From Vicugna vicugna (Eukaryota): a DNA stretch of 64,000 bases. The position numbers and the translations under genes are program-made. The DNA is taken from assembly GCA_013265495.1 (NCBI GenBank), contig MU058531.1, positions 186,001-250,000 of the forward strand, read 5' to 3'. The notes below the pieces were generated by a model. It searched no databases, was not told the origin of the DNA, and was given only the letters and a program-made list of their open reading frames with translations. This document shows, one piece after another, positions 23,986-37,507 of this stretch (position 1 is its first letter; each line of letters starts with the position of its first letter).

Positions 23986-25550
23986 TGGCAAGAGAATCTT
24001 TGTGCACACATGTGAATATATTTGTATAGGAAATTCCTAGCAGTGTAGTTGTTGGCCCAAATGATGTATATTTAAAATTTTTATGACTATTGCTAACTGC
24101 TTCCCAAAGTGGGTATACTAGTTTGTATTTTCAGTGATAATGTGTAGAGTGCCCATTTCCCCACATTTTTGCCAGTATTAAGTATTATCAAACTTTAAAC
24201 TTATTGCCAGTGTAGTAAGTGAAACATGGTATTCCCATGATTTGAAGCTTTCATACTTGTTTTATGTATACCTGATATACTGGTATTCTAAAGTAAATTT
24301 GAGCTGTCACTAAGGGAGTATTTCTAATCCAGAGTTTTACAGGACATTTATGTGTCATTTCTTTCCTTAGTTTGTGTGGTGTCCCTTTTTCTCCTCCCTA
24401 CCTGTTCTCAAATGTTATGCTTAAGCCTTTTCTCCTTGAAACCTGATGTAGCTTTCAGTGATCCTCTTCCCTGAATGTTAAGCATTTAATTACTTGTTCA
24501 TTTGACAGGCATTTATTTAGCTACAATAGTTCATAGCTACCTTTAGATAACTTTGATATGCTATCTCATAACTGTTTTTATGTTGCTTTATTTTCTATTT
24601 TGCTGCATATTTCTGGATTCTTCCCTGAAGTAAAATGTAAATTATTGGAGGCAGTGACTGATGTGATAGTTCTCTTTTTTCCTTTACTGCTCCTACCTTT
24701 CAAATAATAGGTATTTAGACAGTGAAGTTATCATCGTTGTCCTGGGACTTTACTGATTAATAACCAGATACTTAAACTCCTTTCAAGCCCTCTAGTTTAG
24801 GGCAAAAAGTAGTGTGTAAGAGGAATGAATTATTTGAATACAATTATAATTGATTATATAATCTGAATATATTTACAAATCATGCTTTTTGAAAGAAAGA
24901 GTTTTAGATAGTAATACCAGTACTCCTTTAATCCTAAGGAGGAATTCTGTTTTATTAGCTCCCCTGCAGCTTACATCAAAGGACAGAAGTACTGAAAATT
25001 ACTCAAAATTTTTCTTACTGTTTTAAGTGTGCTTTATATTAAGAATTTTAAGGGAGCCATCTTTTGAGATTTGTGTCATTTTTAGTGTCATTTTTAGTGA
25101 CCTGAGTTTGAGCTATGCATTTAAAGGTTCATTACCTCTGACATGAGCAGTCATTTTGGTAAGAGGTGTCTGAAGTGAGCCCTGATACTATGTGTCTGTC
25201 ACCAGAGACAGTAAACCAGTTTTTCCTCCTTTCTGTATCAGGCAGAATTAGAATAGATTTGTTTATAAACCATTACTTCAATCACTTTTAAAGGGCCAGA
25301 AGCAATTTTGGTAAGGCTATAATAATAGCACAGTTATTCCTTAGGAGTTGGTTTTAAAAACACTAGAAGTAAATATTTGGCTTTGAAATTTTTTCAAAAA
25401 TAATTGCGATTAAAAAAATTAGTTTAGGCTTGAGAATTTTTTGTTTTTAGGAGGTAAAGATTTTAGTTTGGTTTGAGAATATTAACGCTAAAAGTAAGTG
25501 TTTTGACAAAAAATATTTTTTCTAAATCCTAAGATTTGTGTTTATTAGTA

Positions 25551-27303
25551 CAGACATACCTTGGAGACATTGTGGACTTGGTTCCAAACTACCACAGTAA
25601 AGCAAAGATCGCAGTAAAGCAAGTCACACAAATTATTTTGGTTTTCCAGTGCATAGAAAAGTTATGTTTACACTATTTTGTAGTCTGTTAAGCATGCAAC
25701 AGTATGATGTCTAAAAAAACGATGTTCACACTTAATTGAAAAATACTTCATTGCTAAAAGAATGCTCACCATCATCTGAACCTTTAGAGAGTTGTCATCT
25801 TTTTGCTGGTAGAGGGTCTTGCCTTGATGTTGATGGCTGCCGACTGCTGAATGATCAGGGTGGTAGTTACTGGGGTAACTACCCAGTTAGTCAAGTTAAG
25901 TTAGTTAAGTTAGAAGGGTGGGACGGCTGTGGCAATTTCTTCAAGTAAGACAACAAGGAAATTTGCCACATCAATTGACTCTTCCTTTCACGAACAATTT
26001 CTCTGTGGCATGCAATGTTGTTTGATAGCATTTTACCCATGGTAGAATTGGAGTCAGTCTTCTCAGACTCTGCCACTGCTTTATCAACTGAGTTTACGTA
26101 ATATTCTAAATCCTTCGTTAACATTTCAACAGTCTTCATAGCGCCTTCACTAGGAGTGGATTCCATTTCAAGAAACCACTTTCTTTGCTCATCTGTAAGA
26201 AGCAACTCCTCATCGTTCAAGTTTGATCATGAGATTGCAGCAATCCAGTCACATCTTCTAGATAACTTCCTACAGCTTCTGTACCAGCACTTCCTGCTTC
26301 ACCTTGCACTTTTATGTTATGGAGACAGATTCCTTCTTTAAGCCTCATGAACCAACCTCTTCTAGCTGGAAACTTTTCTTTTGCAGCCTCCTCACCTCTC
26401 TCAGCCTGCATAGAGTTGGAGGGAATTAGGGCCTTGCTCTAGATTAAGCCGTAGCTCAAGGGAATGTTGTGATTGGTTTTGATCTTCTATCCAGGTCACT
26501 GAAACTTTCTCCATATCCGTAGTAAGATTGTTTAGCTTTCTTACTGTTTGACTGTTCACTGGAGTAGCATTTTTAAATTTCTTCAAGGACTTTACTTTGC
26601 ATTCACCACTTGGCTGTTTGGTGCAAGAGGCCTAGGTTTCAGCCTGTCTCAGCTTTTGGCATGCCTTCCCTGCTAAGCTTAATCATTTCATATCTAGCTT
26701 TTGATTTAAAGTGAGAGACGTGCAACTCCTCCCTTCACTTGAACACTTAGAGGCCACTGTAGGGTTATTAACTGACCTAATCTCAGTATTGTTGTGTCTT
26801 AGGGAATAGGGAGGCTCAAGGAGAGGGAGAGAGAGAGGGGAACAGCCAGACATTGGAGCAGTCACAGCACACACAATGTTTATGGATTAAGCTTGCTGTC
26901 TTATGTGGCTGTAGTTTGTGTAACATCAGCAGGGAGGGCATAACTCAGTGGTAGAGTGTGTGCTTAGCATGCACAAGGTCCTGAGTTCAGTCCCCAGTAC
27001 CTCCATTAAAAATAAACAAATAAAACCCGAATCCTTCTCCCCCCCAAATAAATAAATAATTAAAATTTTTGAATTAAAAAAAATCAAAGATCAGTGATCA
27101 TAGATCACCATAACAAATGTAACAATAATGAAAATGTGTGAAATATTGCGAGAATTACTAAAATGTGATGGAGGCAGGAAGTGAGCAGATGCTGTTGGAA
27201 AAATGCGCTAATAGACTTGCTTATGCAAGATTGCTGCAAAACTTCAGTTTGTAAAAAATAAACAATGTATGAGAAGCACAGTTAAGTGAAGTGCAGTAAA
27301 ATA
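25551..27303 (-). mobile_element. Tigger1 DNA transposon, internally deleted and interrupted by a SINE
   Basis: TA then TIR-like cagacatacctt at 25551. Minus-strand ORFs match Tigger1 transposase ([58 protein letters not shown]). The other TIR is missing. Confidence 0.92.
26932..27083 (+). mobile_element. Vic-1-like SINE nested in Tigger1
   Basis: gggagggcataactcagtggtagagtgtgtgcttagcatgcacaaggtcctgagttcagtccccagtacctcca plus an A-rich tail. Confidence 0.85.
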
Positions 27304-27627
27304 ATAGTTTTATTATTTTATCAATAGTTTAATTGTATAGAAAATTGTTAATTTTATCTGAAAAGATTCCTTTTCCATCCATTTATTCTTGCCGTCGTCC
27401 AAGCATCCGTCTGTATATCAGCTTCTTATTGGGTGCTTCACATATGCCGGTACCGTTTTAGGCTCTGAAAATATAGCAGTGAAGAAGACAAAGTGTTCAT
27501 CTTTCTGGAACTCATCTTCTATTATGGTTAATAAAACTGTATTTTAATTTTAGAAGAACTCAAGAAAAAAATAGATATCTAGATGTCTATGTTAGTAATT
27601 TCTAAAACCTTCTTTCCAAATTTTTAG

Positions 27628-27753
27628 ATTTAAATGTTAAAGAGAAAATAATTGAAGACATGCGAATGACTCTGGAAGAACAAGAACAAACTCAGGTAGA
27701 ACAAGATCAAGTGCTTGAGGCAAAGTTAGAGGAAGCAGAAAGGCTGGCCACAG
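27628..27753 (+). CDS. KIF20B: KIF20B exon (LNVKEKIIEDMRMTLEEQEQ...ERLAT), phase 1-1
   Basis: Acceptor tttttag, donor gtacag at 27754; 126 nt. Confidence 0.95.
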
Positions 27754-28447
27754 GTACAGCAAGATTGCTTAAATATCTCAAGATGCACTCTTACATTTTC
27801 TTTATTTTCCTAGATTTCCTTCCTTCTTAAAATAGTTTAGTGTTTATAATAATTCATAGTGAAAAAGTATTTGGTGTGTTTTTGGAATATCCCGTCACTT
27901 GTCATTTTCCATTGTGATGAAAATTGTTTTATCTAAGTAAAATTGTATGTAAATAAGGAAGGAATAAGGACACTGATAATAACTGGACGATGACCTGTTG
28001 CAGTGTCCCGCAGATGTTAAGAATAAATTTTCAACTTAATTTCACATCTGTGCACCATTTGATGTCATCTTGTATGTTTATCTCAATAAATACTCTGATT
28101 CTATCCTTCAGAATACCATCAGTGGGGGTTTTTGCCCCCTTTTTAGTTTTTGATTTTGGTTTTTAATTTATTTATTCATTTATTTGTTTTGAGAACGTGA
28201 AGTTTCCTGTTTATTGGCATGCATTTATACTATATACTTTGAACACTATGCAGTGGGTTATTGAGAAGTTTTTTAAGTTCTTTAAGAATTTGATAATCTC
28301 TCAGAATAGTCTCAGTTCTGTCTTGGTCTGTGTACTTCTGCTTCTGGTCTCTGCTGATTCCTGATCTATATCTCATGCTGCATATATCTCTACTTGGTAT
28401 AACTTTTGTATGTGCTTTTTAAAATAATTTTTATGTTTTCAAATCAG

Positions 28448-28575
28448 AATTGGAAAAATGGAAGGAAAAATGCAAAGATCTGGAAACCAAAAGCAATCAG
28501 AGTTTAAATAAAGAACTTGAGGATAACACAGATGTACTTAATATAAAGCTTAGTAAGCTTCAAGATGAGTTACAG
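28448..28575 (+). CDS. KIF20B: KIF20B exon (LEKWKEKCKD...LQDELQ), phase 1-0
   Basis: Acceptor aatcag, donor gtatgg at 28576; 128 nt. Confidence 0.94.
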
Positions 28576-30190
28576 GTATGGTTTTTATCTATGTATGTAT
28601 ATGTATCTATATATTATATTTCTCATAAGAGAAGAGTTTGGTAAGTATTTTATAATTAATTTAGATATAGGTAAAGCGATACTGGGGAAATGTTAATAGA
28701 TATAATTTTTCAGTACACATTAAAATGAAATGGGGAAGAAATTCCCAAAGTACAAATTACTAAGCGCCAATGAAAATGCAGTGGGTCTTCAGTTTTGCAC
28801 TTTACACATTTAATTCTAAAATTGCCACTTTTTATGTCTTTATATCTCTTTTGCTACTCCTTAAATTTCTAACTCATCAAATACTGTTGTGGAGAAGATG
28901 ACTGTTAGGAAAATTATTTTGATTATTGTAAATTTAGTTATTAATTTGGTAAAGAATAGAATTGTATATCTGAATACTGGAATACATTTGAAACCATACT
29001 GCTACATAGAAGATATTCTGTTTTGTGTTTGTATTTGCTCCCATGTTCAGCTTTCACATACTATGTATGTGAAACATAACAGCATATGGAGGAAATAGCT
29101 TTTTAATGGGATTTAACGAATACTATGTAAAGTTTTGTACATTTTATTAGAAGTTGTATTCATAATTGTAGTTTTGAGATTGAAGAAAACATGATTTTGA
29201 AAAGTTGACTGCATCTAAATTATTTTCTTAAATTCAGGCTGTATATAATCAGATACTGAACAACAAAAAAATCAGTTACTTTCTTTTGTAACTGTTAATT
29301 ATGTACTTTGGAACTTACCCTCTCCATTGTCAAAACCCAAAAGCAACTGGAACAGAGTAAATACTCTATTAGTTATGAAAAAAATACATTAGCTACATTG
29401 AGAATGTTCACATTAAGGACATTGTATAACATGTAGTATGTTTTACATTGTTCTCAAATGATGTGATCACATATCTTAGATAATAAACTTTGTAATCCTG
29501 GAATGGACTTGCCATAATTTATCAAGCACAGTGGTTTTAGAAGTTTATAAAACAGTGGGATTTTTAATTATATAGTTTTTAATGTAGTATTATTGTTTTT
29601 GTTAGAAATGAATTTTTATTTGAATTTTGAATGTATCAATTAGATGTTTTTGAACCTAAAGAATCCATGCAAGCCTCTTTGAACTTTACCTATGAACTGT
29701 ATTCTCTGTCTAGCTGTTCCCAATGTTCCTTAAATTAGTAAATGTTTGTCCTGTTACACAAGTTACTCTTTATTTGGCATCCTGTGTACCCAGGAAAACT
29801 TTATTTTTGTAACCATGCAATTAGAAATAACCACCATAAGTTAATTTCTTTCTTTTAATCTGGCATTTAAGAAGGCTTGGTTCTCTGTAACTCTTTGAGA
29901 AATTTAAATTATTTCTTCTTAAGCTCACTGATGAAGGAAAGCCCTTAAATGGACTTTATAGCAAAATTAAGTTTATAGATGAAATACTGTTTAGAAAAGC
30001 AAACCAGCAGTGTTCTTTGCATAATCTGAAATAAACTCTAATCTTGTCACTTATTTAAGGAAAAACACTTAGTTTTAAGTTTTTGAAAAGTTGAAGTGAA
30101 AAATGATGGATTATATGGAATGTTAAAAGTACAAATTTATAAACTGCATTTTATCATGTGATAGTTAACTTGTGCTATTTATACATTTAG

Positions 30191-30346
30191 GAATCTGAAC
30201 AGAAATATAAAGCTGATAGAAAAAAATGGTTAGAAGAAAAAATGATGCTTATCACTCAAGCAAAAGAGTCCGAGAATTTACGGAACAGAGAAATGAAAAA
30301 ATATGCTGAAGACAGAGAGCATTGTTTGAAGCAACAAAATGAAATG
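30191..30346 (+). CDS. KIF20B: KIF20B exon (ESEQKYKADRKKWLEEK...QQNEM), phase 0-0
   Basis: Acceptor atttag, donor gttggt at 30347; 156 nt. Confidence 0.93.
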
Positions 30347-31149
30347 GTTGGTAAAATTTATACTTTATCTTCAGTGTATTTCGCCTGCTTTGTTTAGTTT
30401 GTTGAATTTTCCCCTGAGATCCTTAGGTTCTTATCAGTGTCTGTATGGTTGCCTGTTTTTATTTTTTTAACGGCAGTTTGTCTATTTGTAAGATGACTTT
30501 TCTATCCCAATTTATCTTGAAGTTCATTTAATGTTCTTATTTAAACTTTTCAGTCCATTTAGCAAGTTGGGAAGATAACTGATTACATCTCAGTATCTAG
30601 ATTTAGAACTTAAAAATCTCTTCCTTTTGACCACAGGGTTATCCCTACTAGATTGTAAAAATTTGCATTTTGAACTTTAGATTCTACTAACATGGTGTTA
30701 TATTTTACCTCGTAAGCTGATTTTATCAGGACTTTTTTTTTTTTAAGTCAACTAAGTATTTCTTAGAAGACCATACGTAGAATAACTTCTAGTTTTACAT
30801 TGACTAGCCATGGTTCTTAAGTGATTCTATCTTAGTGTGCTTTTTTCCTCCTATTTGAATCAACATCTTAGTCTGTTTGGCACCCAGTATTGCTAATCAG
30901 AAAAAAGAAGTTAAAAGTCATCACTGATCCTAGGAAAGCTATTACCTAATAGATTAACATTATTTTTAAATGAAAAATTAGTTCTCTGTTTACAATAATA
31001 GTAACTTAGCAGTGTCACATTGTCATCTGTTGGCATTTCCAAATTTGTTTATAACAGAATGTTACTAGTATCAGCTACACTTTCCTGTGCAAACAGGAAT
31101 GTTAACTTTTAATAAGTTAAGGATGATTTTCCCACTGATTTTTAAAAAT

Positions 31150-33580
31150 ACTGTTATCTTGTTATTTTGAAATAATTTTATTTCCATTAAAGTTGCCAAA
31201 CTAGTACAGAGAGTTTCTATATACTCATCACCCAACTTCTGATGTTAGATCTTACATAACAACAATACAATGATTAACATCAAGAAAAAATATTACTGTA
31301 GTACTGTTAGTTAAATTACGGACCTTATTAGAATTTCACTAATTTTCCCACTGTCTTTTTTTCTGGATCTAGGATCTAATCTAGGATACTACCATTTCAT
31401 TTAGTTGTCATGTTCCCTTAGAGTCTTGACTCTCTTTGTTGCATGACAAAGTATGTGAGACTAATACTTGTCATTACTATAGCACCGAGATGGCAGTATA
31501 TTTCATTTCATGTGCCAGTTCCACATGATTGGAGGTACCTTCAGGAAGTGTTGGGCTGAGCAGGATCGTGATGCTGCATCTGTCTTAACAGGAGAGGTTG
31601 CTGCTGTTTCTGTTTCTGTCCCACAGCCCACATCCACCCTTCCCGGACAATAGTAGGAGGCAAGAAGTGAAACCAAAGCTGTTGGCTGTCATAGTTACTC
31701 CAGCTCTAAACCAGTAATGGGCCTATTTTTTTTTCCTAGGCAGTGGTCCCTGTGGCAGCTATGCCTGCAAGTAAACCTCCTTTGAGTTTTTAATCTAGCT
31801 AGTTTTCTCCTTTCTCCCATATGTTTCTTTACAGTCATACCTAAGATATATGTTAATGCCATATTTAAGAAATAAATTGATGTTTAAAGCTTTTTAAATT
31901 ATAACCTATAACACAGTAAGTAAACAAAGCAAACATGTAGTTCAGTGAATTACTGTAAAGTCAAGCACCCACTTAACTGCCAGTTTAAGAAATAGAACAG
32001 TATCAGTACTCTAGAGACCCCCTCTTCTCAATGGTAATAACTATTCTGTTTTTTAATGTTAAACTTTAATTTTGTGCATTTTTGAATTTTAAATAAATGA
32101 AAATTTTTAGAATGCATTTCTTTGTGCCTGGCTTCCTTCACGCGGTATTATGTTTGTGAGAATCATCCATGCTGTTGTATGTAGCTGGAATAAGTTTGTT
32201 TTCACTGCTGAGTATTTCAATGATAAGTACACCACAGTCTGTTCAGTTTAAAGGTGAAGACATAGATTTTTTTTTTCTATTTGGGGCTGTTACAAGTAAA
32301 TTCTTGTAGAAACATTTTTATACATTTCCCTTAGTGCCCATGGGCATGCTTTTCTGTTGCACAGCCAAGAATAAAATTGCTAGTTGACAAAGATATGCAT
32401 ATTTGGAACTCTAGTAGAATGCCAAACTGATTTTCAAAATAGTTGTACTCATTTATACTTCAGTTAGTACTGATGGATGCTTTGTTTACTGGCTCTGCCT
32501 ATGTAAGTCCCCTTGCTTATTTACCATTGGACTGTCTATCCTTTTCTTGCTGATTTATAGGAGGAGTTCCTTATACTTTCTGGATAGCAGCCCTTTTTCC
32601 TCTAATGTGTTGCAGTTATCCTTTTTCAATCTCTAGTTTACCTTTTCACTCTCTTGTTGCCTTTTTATGAACAGAAATTCTTAAACTTATTTTAATTCAT
32701 TTTCCCAGTCTTTTCTTTTATGGACCTCAAGGACATGAAGATGTTCTGTTATTCCCCGAAAGGTTTGGGGTTTTTGCCTTTCATATTTAGACCCTAGAAT
32801 TGATTTTTGTGGTGGAGTGAGATGGGGTAAAGGCTGCTGCCGCTGCTGCTGTTCTAAATGTGGATTCCCAGTCAGCTGGGTAGTGCTTTCGGAAAAAACT
32901 GTTTCCCATTGTTCTGCCACTTTTGTCATAAATCAGTTGTCCAAGGGTTTGTATGTGGTGTGAGATTATGATTAAGGTTTTTTCTTTTTTTTCCATTTGG
33001 CTACTCAGTTGTTCCATCACCCATTGTTAGAAAAACTGTCCTTTCCTCTGTTGAATTTCTTTGGTATTTTGTCAGTAGGCCATACATTTGTGGACCCTCT
33101 CCTCCGTTCCTCTAATCTCTGTCTGTCCTTTAATCAATATGACACTGTCTTGATAATTATTATAGAAGGCTTGAAATGACATAGTGTGATTGCTCCTACT
33201 TGTTCTTCATTTTCAGAATAATTTTGACTATCCTTTATCATTTGCGTTTTCATCTAACTTCTAGAGTCAGCTTTTTCATTTCTGTGCACGCACACACACA
33301 CACGTGCATGCATAAGCCTGCCTAGATTTTGACTGAAATTGCTTTGATTCTATGGATCTGTGAGGAGAACTGACATCTTTACAATATTGAATCTTTTGAT
33401 CCTTAACACAGATTCTCTCCCCATTTATTTAAGTATTCTTTAATTTCTTTTCAGTAATGTTTTGTAGTTTGTCATGTTTAGGTCTTGTACTGACTTTCTT
33501 TAATTTACCACTGCTTCATGATTTTTGAAACCAGTGAAAATGGTATTTTAAATTTTCATTTCTCTATTGTTTGTTGCTAT
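31150..33580 (-). mobile_element. Cluster of old L1 fragments (3' ends and ORF2 remnant)
   Basis: Antisense L1M-type motifs at about 31150-31430 and 31890-33580 (e.g. gagaactgacatctttacaatattgaatct). Boundaries approximate. Confidence 0.7.
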
Positions 33581-33936
33581 TAGTGTTTTTTTTAATTTGC
33601 TTTTCTGTAATTTAACCCTCTTATTTCCCAAATATTGGAGGAAATGCTAGAATTAGTCTAAAGGCTATAATTGTTTATTGAAAGAAGTACTCAATAAGCT
33701 GTATTTTGGTATGAGGTGGGATAGGATAAATATGAATTTGGATATTTAAGATATATGAAGGTATTATGTATTTTGTTTTACCAGTGAAATGCTTCATCTA
33801 GACCTGATTACATAATTTGTTGTGTATCTAGTTCATAGTTGTATTTGTTGTGTTACTTATAATAAAAATTGCAACAAATTCTTAGATTCATAATGTTTCA
33901 AGGTTTACTTTAACATGTGCTCTATTTTCCATTCAG

Positions 33937-34113
33937 GAAATACTTAAAGCACAGTTGGCTGAGAAGGAGGGTAACCTCCAGCAGTGGCGGGAAGAACGGG
34001 ACCAGCTGGTTGCAGCTTTAGAAATACAGCTGAAAGCCCTGGTCTCCAGCAACACGCAGAAGGACGCTGAGATTGAACAACTGAGAAAGGTCACATCAGA
34101 GGCTTCTGAAACA
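33937..34113 (+). CDS. KIF20B: KIF20B exon (EILKAQLAEK...WREERDQLVAALEIQLKAL...SET), phase 0-0
   Basis: Acceptor attcag, donor gtcagt at 34114; 177 nt. Confidence 0.94.
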
Positions 34114-34194
34114 GTCAGTAGAATCGTGTTCTTTTTGTGCCTTTTTTAATTAAGCATAGGAATTTTTCAAAATTATTTAATTAACTCTTTTGGG

Positions 34195-34272
34195 TTTTTT
34201 TTTTTTTTTGAGATATAGTCAGTTTACAGTGTTGTGTCAGTTTCTGATGTCTAGCACAATTCTTCAGTCATA
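34195..34272 (-). mobile_element. Short L1 3'-end fragment with poly(A)
   Basis: Poly-T then gagatatagtcagtttacagtgttgtgtcagtttc; same family as 52626-52717. Confidence 0.75.
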
Positions 34273-34327
34273 GTTTTTTGGGGGTTTTTTAAATGTCTAG
34301 TGTTTTTTCTTTTTTAAATAACATCAC

Positions 34328-34452
34328 TTTATTTATTTTTATTTTATTTTTTTGGTTGGAGGAGATTCGGTTCATTTATTTTTTAAATGAAGGTACTAGG
34401 GACCTCGTGCATGCTATGCATGCACTCTACCACTGAGCTACACCCTCCCCCC
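34328..34452 (-). mobile_element. Vic-1-like SINE lacking the B box
   Basis: Reverse complement reads ggggggagggtgtagctcagtggtagagtgcatgcatagcatgcacgaggtccctagtacctt. Confidence 0.85.
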
Positions 34453-36001
34453 TGAGTAACTCTTGAAGAATAAAAAAGTAAGTTTCAATAGATCAGTGAG
34501 GAATCAGAGTTTGAAGGATTATTTGGACATTTGTCATGAATTTTGAGTTTTCAGAGTTTATCATTATGATTGACTCATCAGTGACTAAAGAATAGCACTT
34601 TCTCCAATATTTTGGTCATCTCTCTCAGGTAGAGTAATTAGAAAATAAACAACTTATGATTTAGTCCCTAATCTACCTTTAAAATGTAGAAATGTGATTC
34701 AGCTTGAACTCTGGGTAATATTTAAATATTTGAGCCCATCCTGAATTTGCAATAAAAATACAAATTATTTTTGAAAATAAGCACAGTGGTGAGGGAATGT
34801 GTCATTCAGGAGTTGCTTTTGTAATATTGTATTGGGGCTCAGAACCCTGGCTGAAGAAAGTATTTGCATTTCTCATACTTCGCAGATGAATTGAATCAGG
34901 GTACATCTGAAGCTAGTCTTTCCAGAGTAAATGATCTGCACTTAAAAATCTGCTGTTCTAAAGCCTTCAGACAGTAGGAAAATAAATGTGTATATGTGTT
35001 TATCTCTTACATCAAAAGACTTTATGATTCTGAGAGAAAGACCATCTCCTTAAAAAGATATATTAGCATGTGGTATAAATTGCACAGAATACAAAGTTAG
35101 AAAACCTAGATATCAGCTGCTGTCACTGTGGTTTTGGGATCTTTGGGGAAAATTACTTAACATTTCCAAACTTTAAAACAGAGATGATGATGTCTTCCTA
35201 ATAAAATTATGAGACATAGTTGAGAGTGTTGTAAAACAGTGCAGTTCACAGTGGAAGTCAGTACATGCTAGTTGCTTTCCCCATTATGATTGCAATAGAA
35301 TCTTTTTCATTTATCAGTAAGAGGTAGGTGACATAAGAGGTGTATTTGACTTCTGATTTTGATGGTAGCAATAAGAAGGTCCACATTGGAATTTCTCAAG
35401 TTTAAAAATGTAATCCTATATTTCTTTACAGACCTGTTAAGTAAGGTTTAGGAATAGAACATACCCTATGACCGAGAAAGTAGAATGAAGAAAGTGCAGC
35501 AAGGAAAGATTTAGCTATCAGTGTGGTCTTTTCTGGTCTAACACTATAGTTGCCTTCCTCAGACACCTCTAGTTTTCAAAATTGTGTTAACGCTATTGTT
35601 GGAGTCAAGGTCCAACTTAGGACAGACATTGGTCATGTCATTTGACATCTCTAGGTCTCTATATCCTCCTCTGGGAAGTAGGACTAATGATTCTTGCCAA
35701 ATCTAACTCAGTTGCAGTGAAAGTCAAGTGACACAATGCAGGTAAAACACCTTGGAAGTTGAAAGTAATCTTCAAATTTCTCTTTACATTAGACTCAGAG
35801 GAGGCTGGAAAGTTGTCTAATCTTTCCTAAGTCTCTGAGGATGAAAGAGAGGAAGGAGGAGAGTTTGGTGGTCGTTGAAGAAGTCTTTAATTAATTCCAC
35901 AGCTTAATGCACCCAAATCTTGATTTTGTATTCTTTAGATGAAGTGTTTTAATGTATTTTCAGTTACGATGGCTTGCTGCTTTAATATTTCCTTACTTTA
36001 G

Positions 36002-36112
36002 GGAAAACAAACCATGGATTTCCAGCCCAGACGTGTGAGTTCAGTGGATCCTGACAGGGTTGAAACTGAACCTCAGTCAACAGGGTTTGAAATTTCCAGG
36101 GATGAAGTAGAG
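36002..36112 (+). CDS. KIF20B: KIF20B exon (GKQTMDFQPR...SRDEVE), phase 0-0
   Basis: Acceptor actttag, donor gtgggt at 36113; 111 nt. Confidence 0.9.
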
Positions 36113-36639
36113 GTGGGTATTGGATAACATAGCCCACTTTTTAACCTCTTTAGCAGTGACCATTGATTTCTAAATAACACCTGCAAATATAATTTAATCA
36201 GTTGTTGTAGGTACCTTGCTTTACAATTAGCTGTGTGTGCTCTTGGCTATGGGAAGGAAAACTAATGGCTTTTGAGGAGAGGTGAAATTCTTTTGGAGAA
36301 ATTTGATCACTCTCAAAGTGATACTGATCTCAAACAGATTTTTTAATATACACAAATTTGGTGGTCAGAAATAGAAAATCCCACAAAAGATAAAATATGA
36401 AGGACTATTTGGAGGTCATCATAAGAAGTCCTTTAATAAGCATTCTATTAAATAGTATTGTTTTGGAAATTTTATCCATTTAATAACTGTCACCAAATCT
36501 CAATAACTCATAATGAGTTTCCTTAATTTGTAATGACTCACATTGGATAGCATAGAGTTTCTCAGATTGCATACAAAATGGATAAAAACTCTGTCACTTT
36601 TTGAAAATAGAATTACCATTTAAAAATTTACTTAAAAAA

Positions 36640-37280
36640 CACATTTATTGGGCATGGTCAGTGTTGGGAATCTTGCTAGGCACCGAGGATGAAGACATAA
36701 GTAAGAAATGATTGCCATTCTTAAGGAGTAAGGAATCTGATAAGACAGGTGTGTAAATGACTACCTCATTTGACCTTATGGATTACGTGTTAGGAAGAGG
36801 GTGCTAAGAAGGAACACTGACTGAGGAGGATACGATGAATTTTGCCTGAGTGGCTGTGGACGTGGATTAGAGAAGGTGACATTGTACTGGGTCTTAAAGG
36901 TGAATAGAAGTTTACCGAGCAGAGAATGGGAAGAGAAGGGCATTTTAATCTGGGGGAATAACACAAGTCATTCCTTACACAGCTTCTTATAATCAAACCT
37001 CAGAAGAATCATGATGTCACTTCTACCACATGCTGTTGGTTGTGGACGTCATTAAGGCCAGCCCAGGTTCAAGAGAGGGGAATGTGACTCTGTCTCTCAA
37101 TGGCAAGAATAGTAAAGAATTTGCAGCAAACTTTAGTTTACTGTAACTAGGGTGCTTATTAAAAATCTAGATGCTTTCATTGGAGATAATCTGATTTAGC
37201 AGATTTGTAGTAGGGTCCAAGAATCTTCTAAACAGTGTCTCTAGGTAGTGCTTATGATCACACAGGTTTGGGAAATAATG
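36640..37280. mobile_element. Adjacent L2 (about 36640-36960), MLT1 LTR fragment (about 36990-37140) and MER5-type element (about 37147-37278)
   Basis: catttattgggca...tgctaggcac (L2); gtcacttctaccaca...aaggccagcccaggttcaag (MLT1); gggtgcttattaaaa...caggtttgggaaa (MER5). Confidence 0.6.
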
Positions 37281-37507
37281 GATCTCTAAGTTTCTCTCAA
37301 TTTTAACATACCATGTAGAAACCTTGAGAAAAATAGGTGATAACTTAATCTTTCTGTCCTTGCTGTGGTGAATTTGACCCAGAAAACTTTTCATCTTTCT
37401 CAATTCATTGTCTTTAATAGGTATTGAGAGAGGTAATTTTTGGCAACTTAGAAAATCATATTCTGCAAATAAGATTTGTTTTCCCTTTTAATTCAATTCT
37501 GTTGCAG

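Noticed and set aside
25891..26874. Functional TIGD1-like domesticated transposase
   Set aside because: Broken into several frames, DDE domain deleted and one TIR lost.
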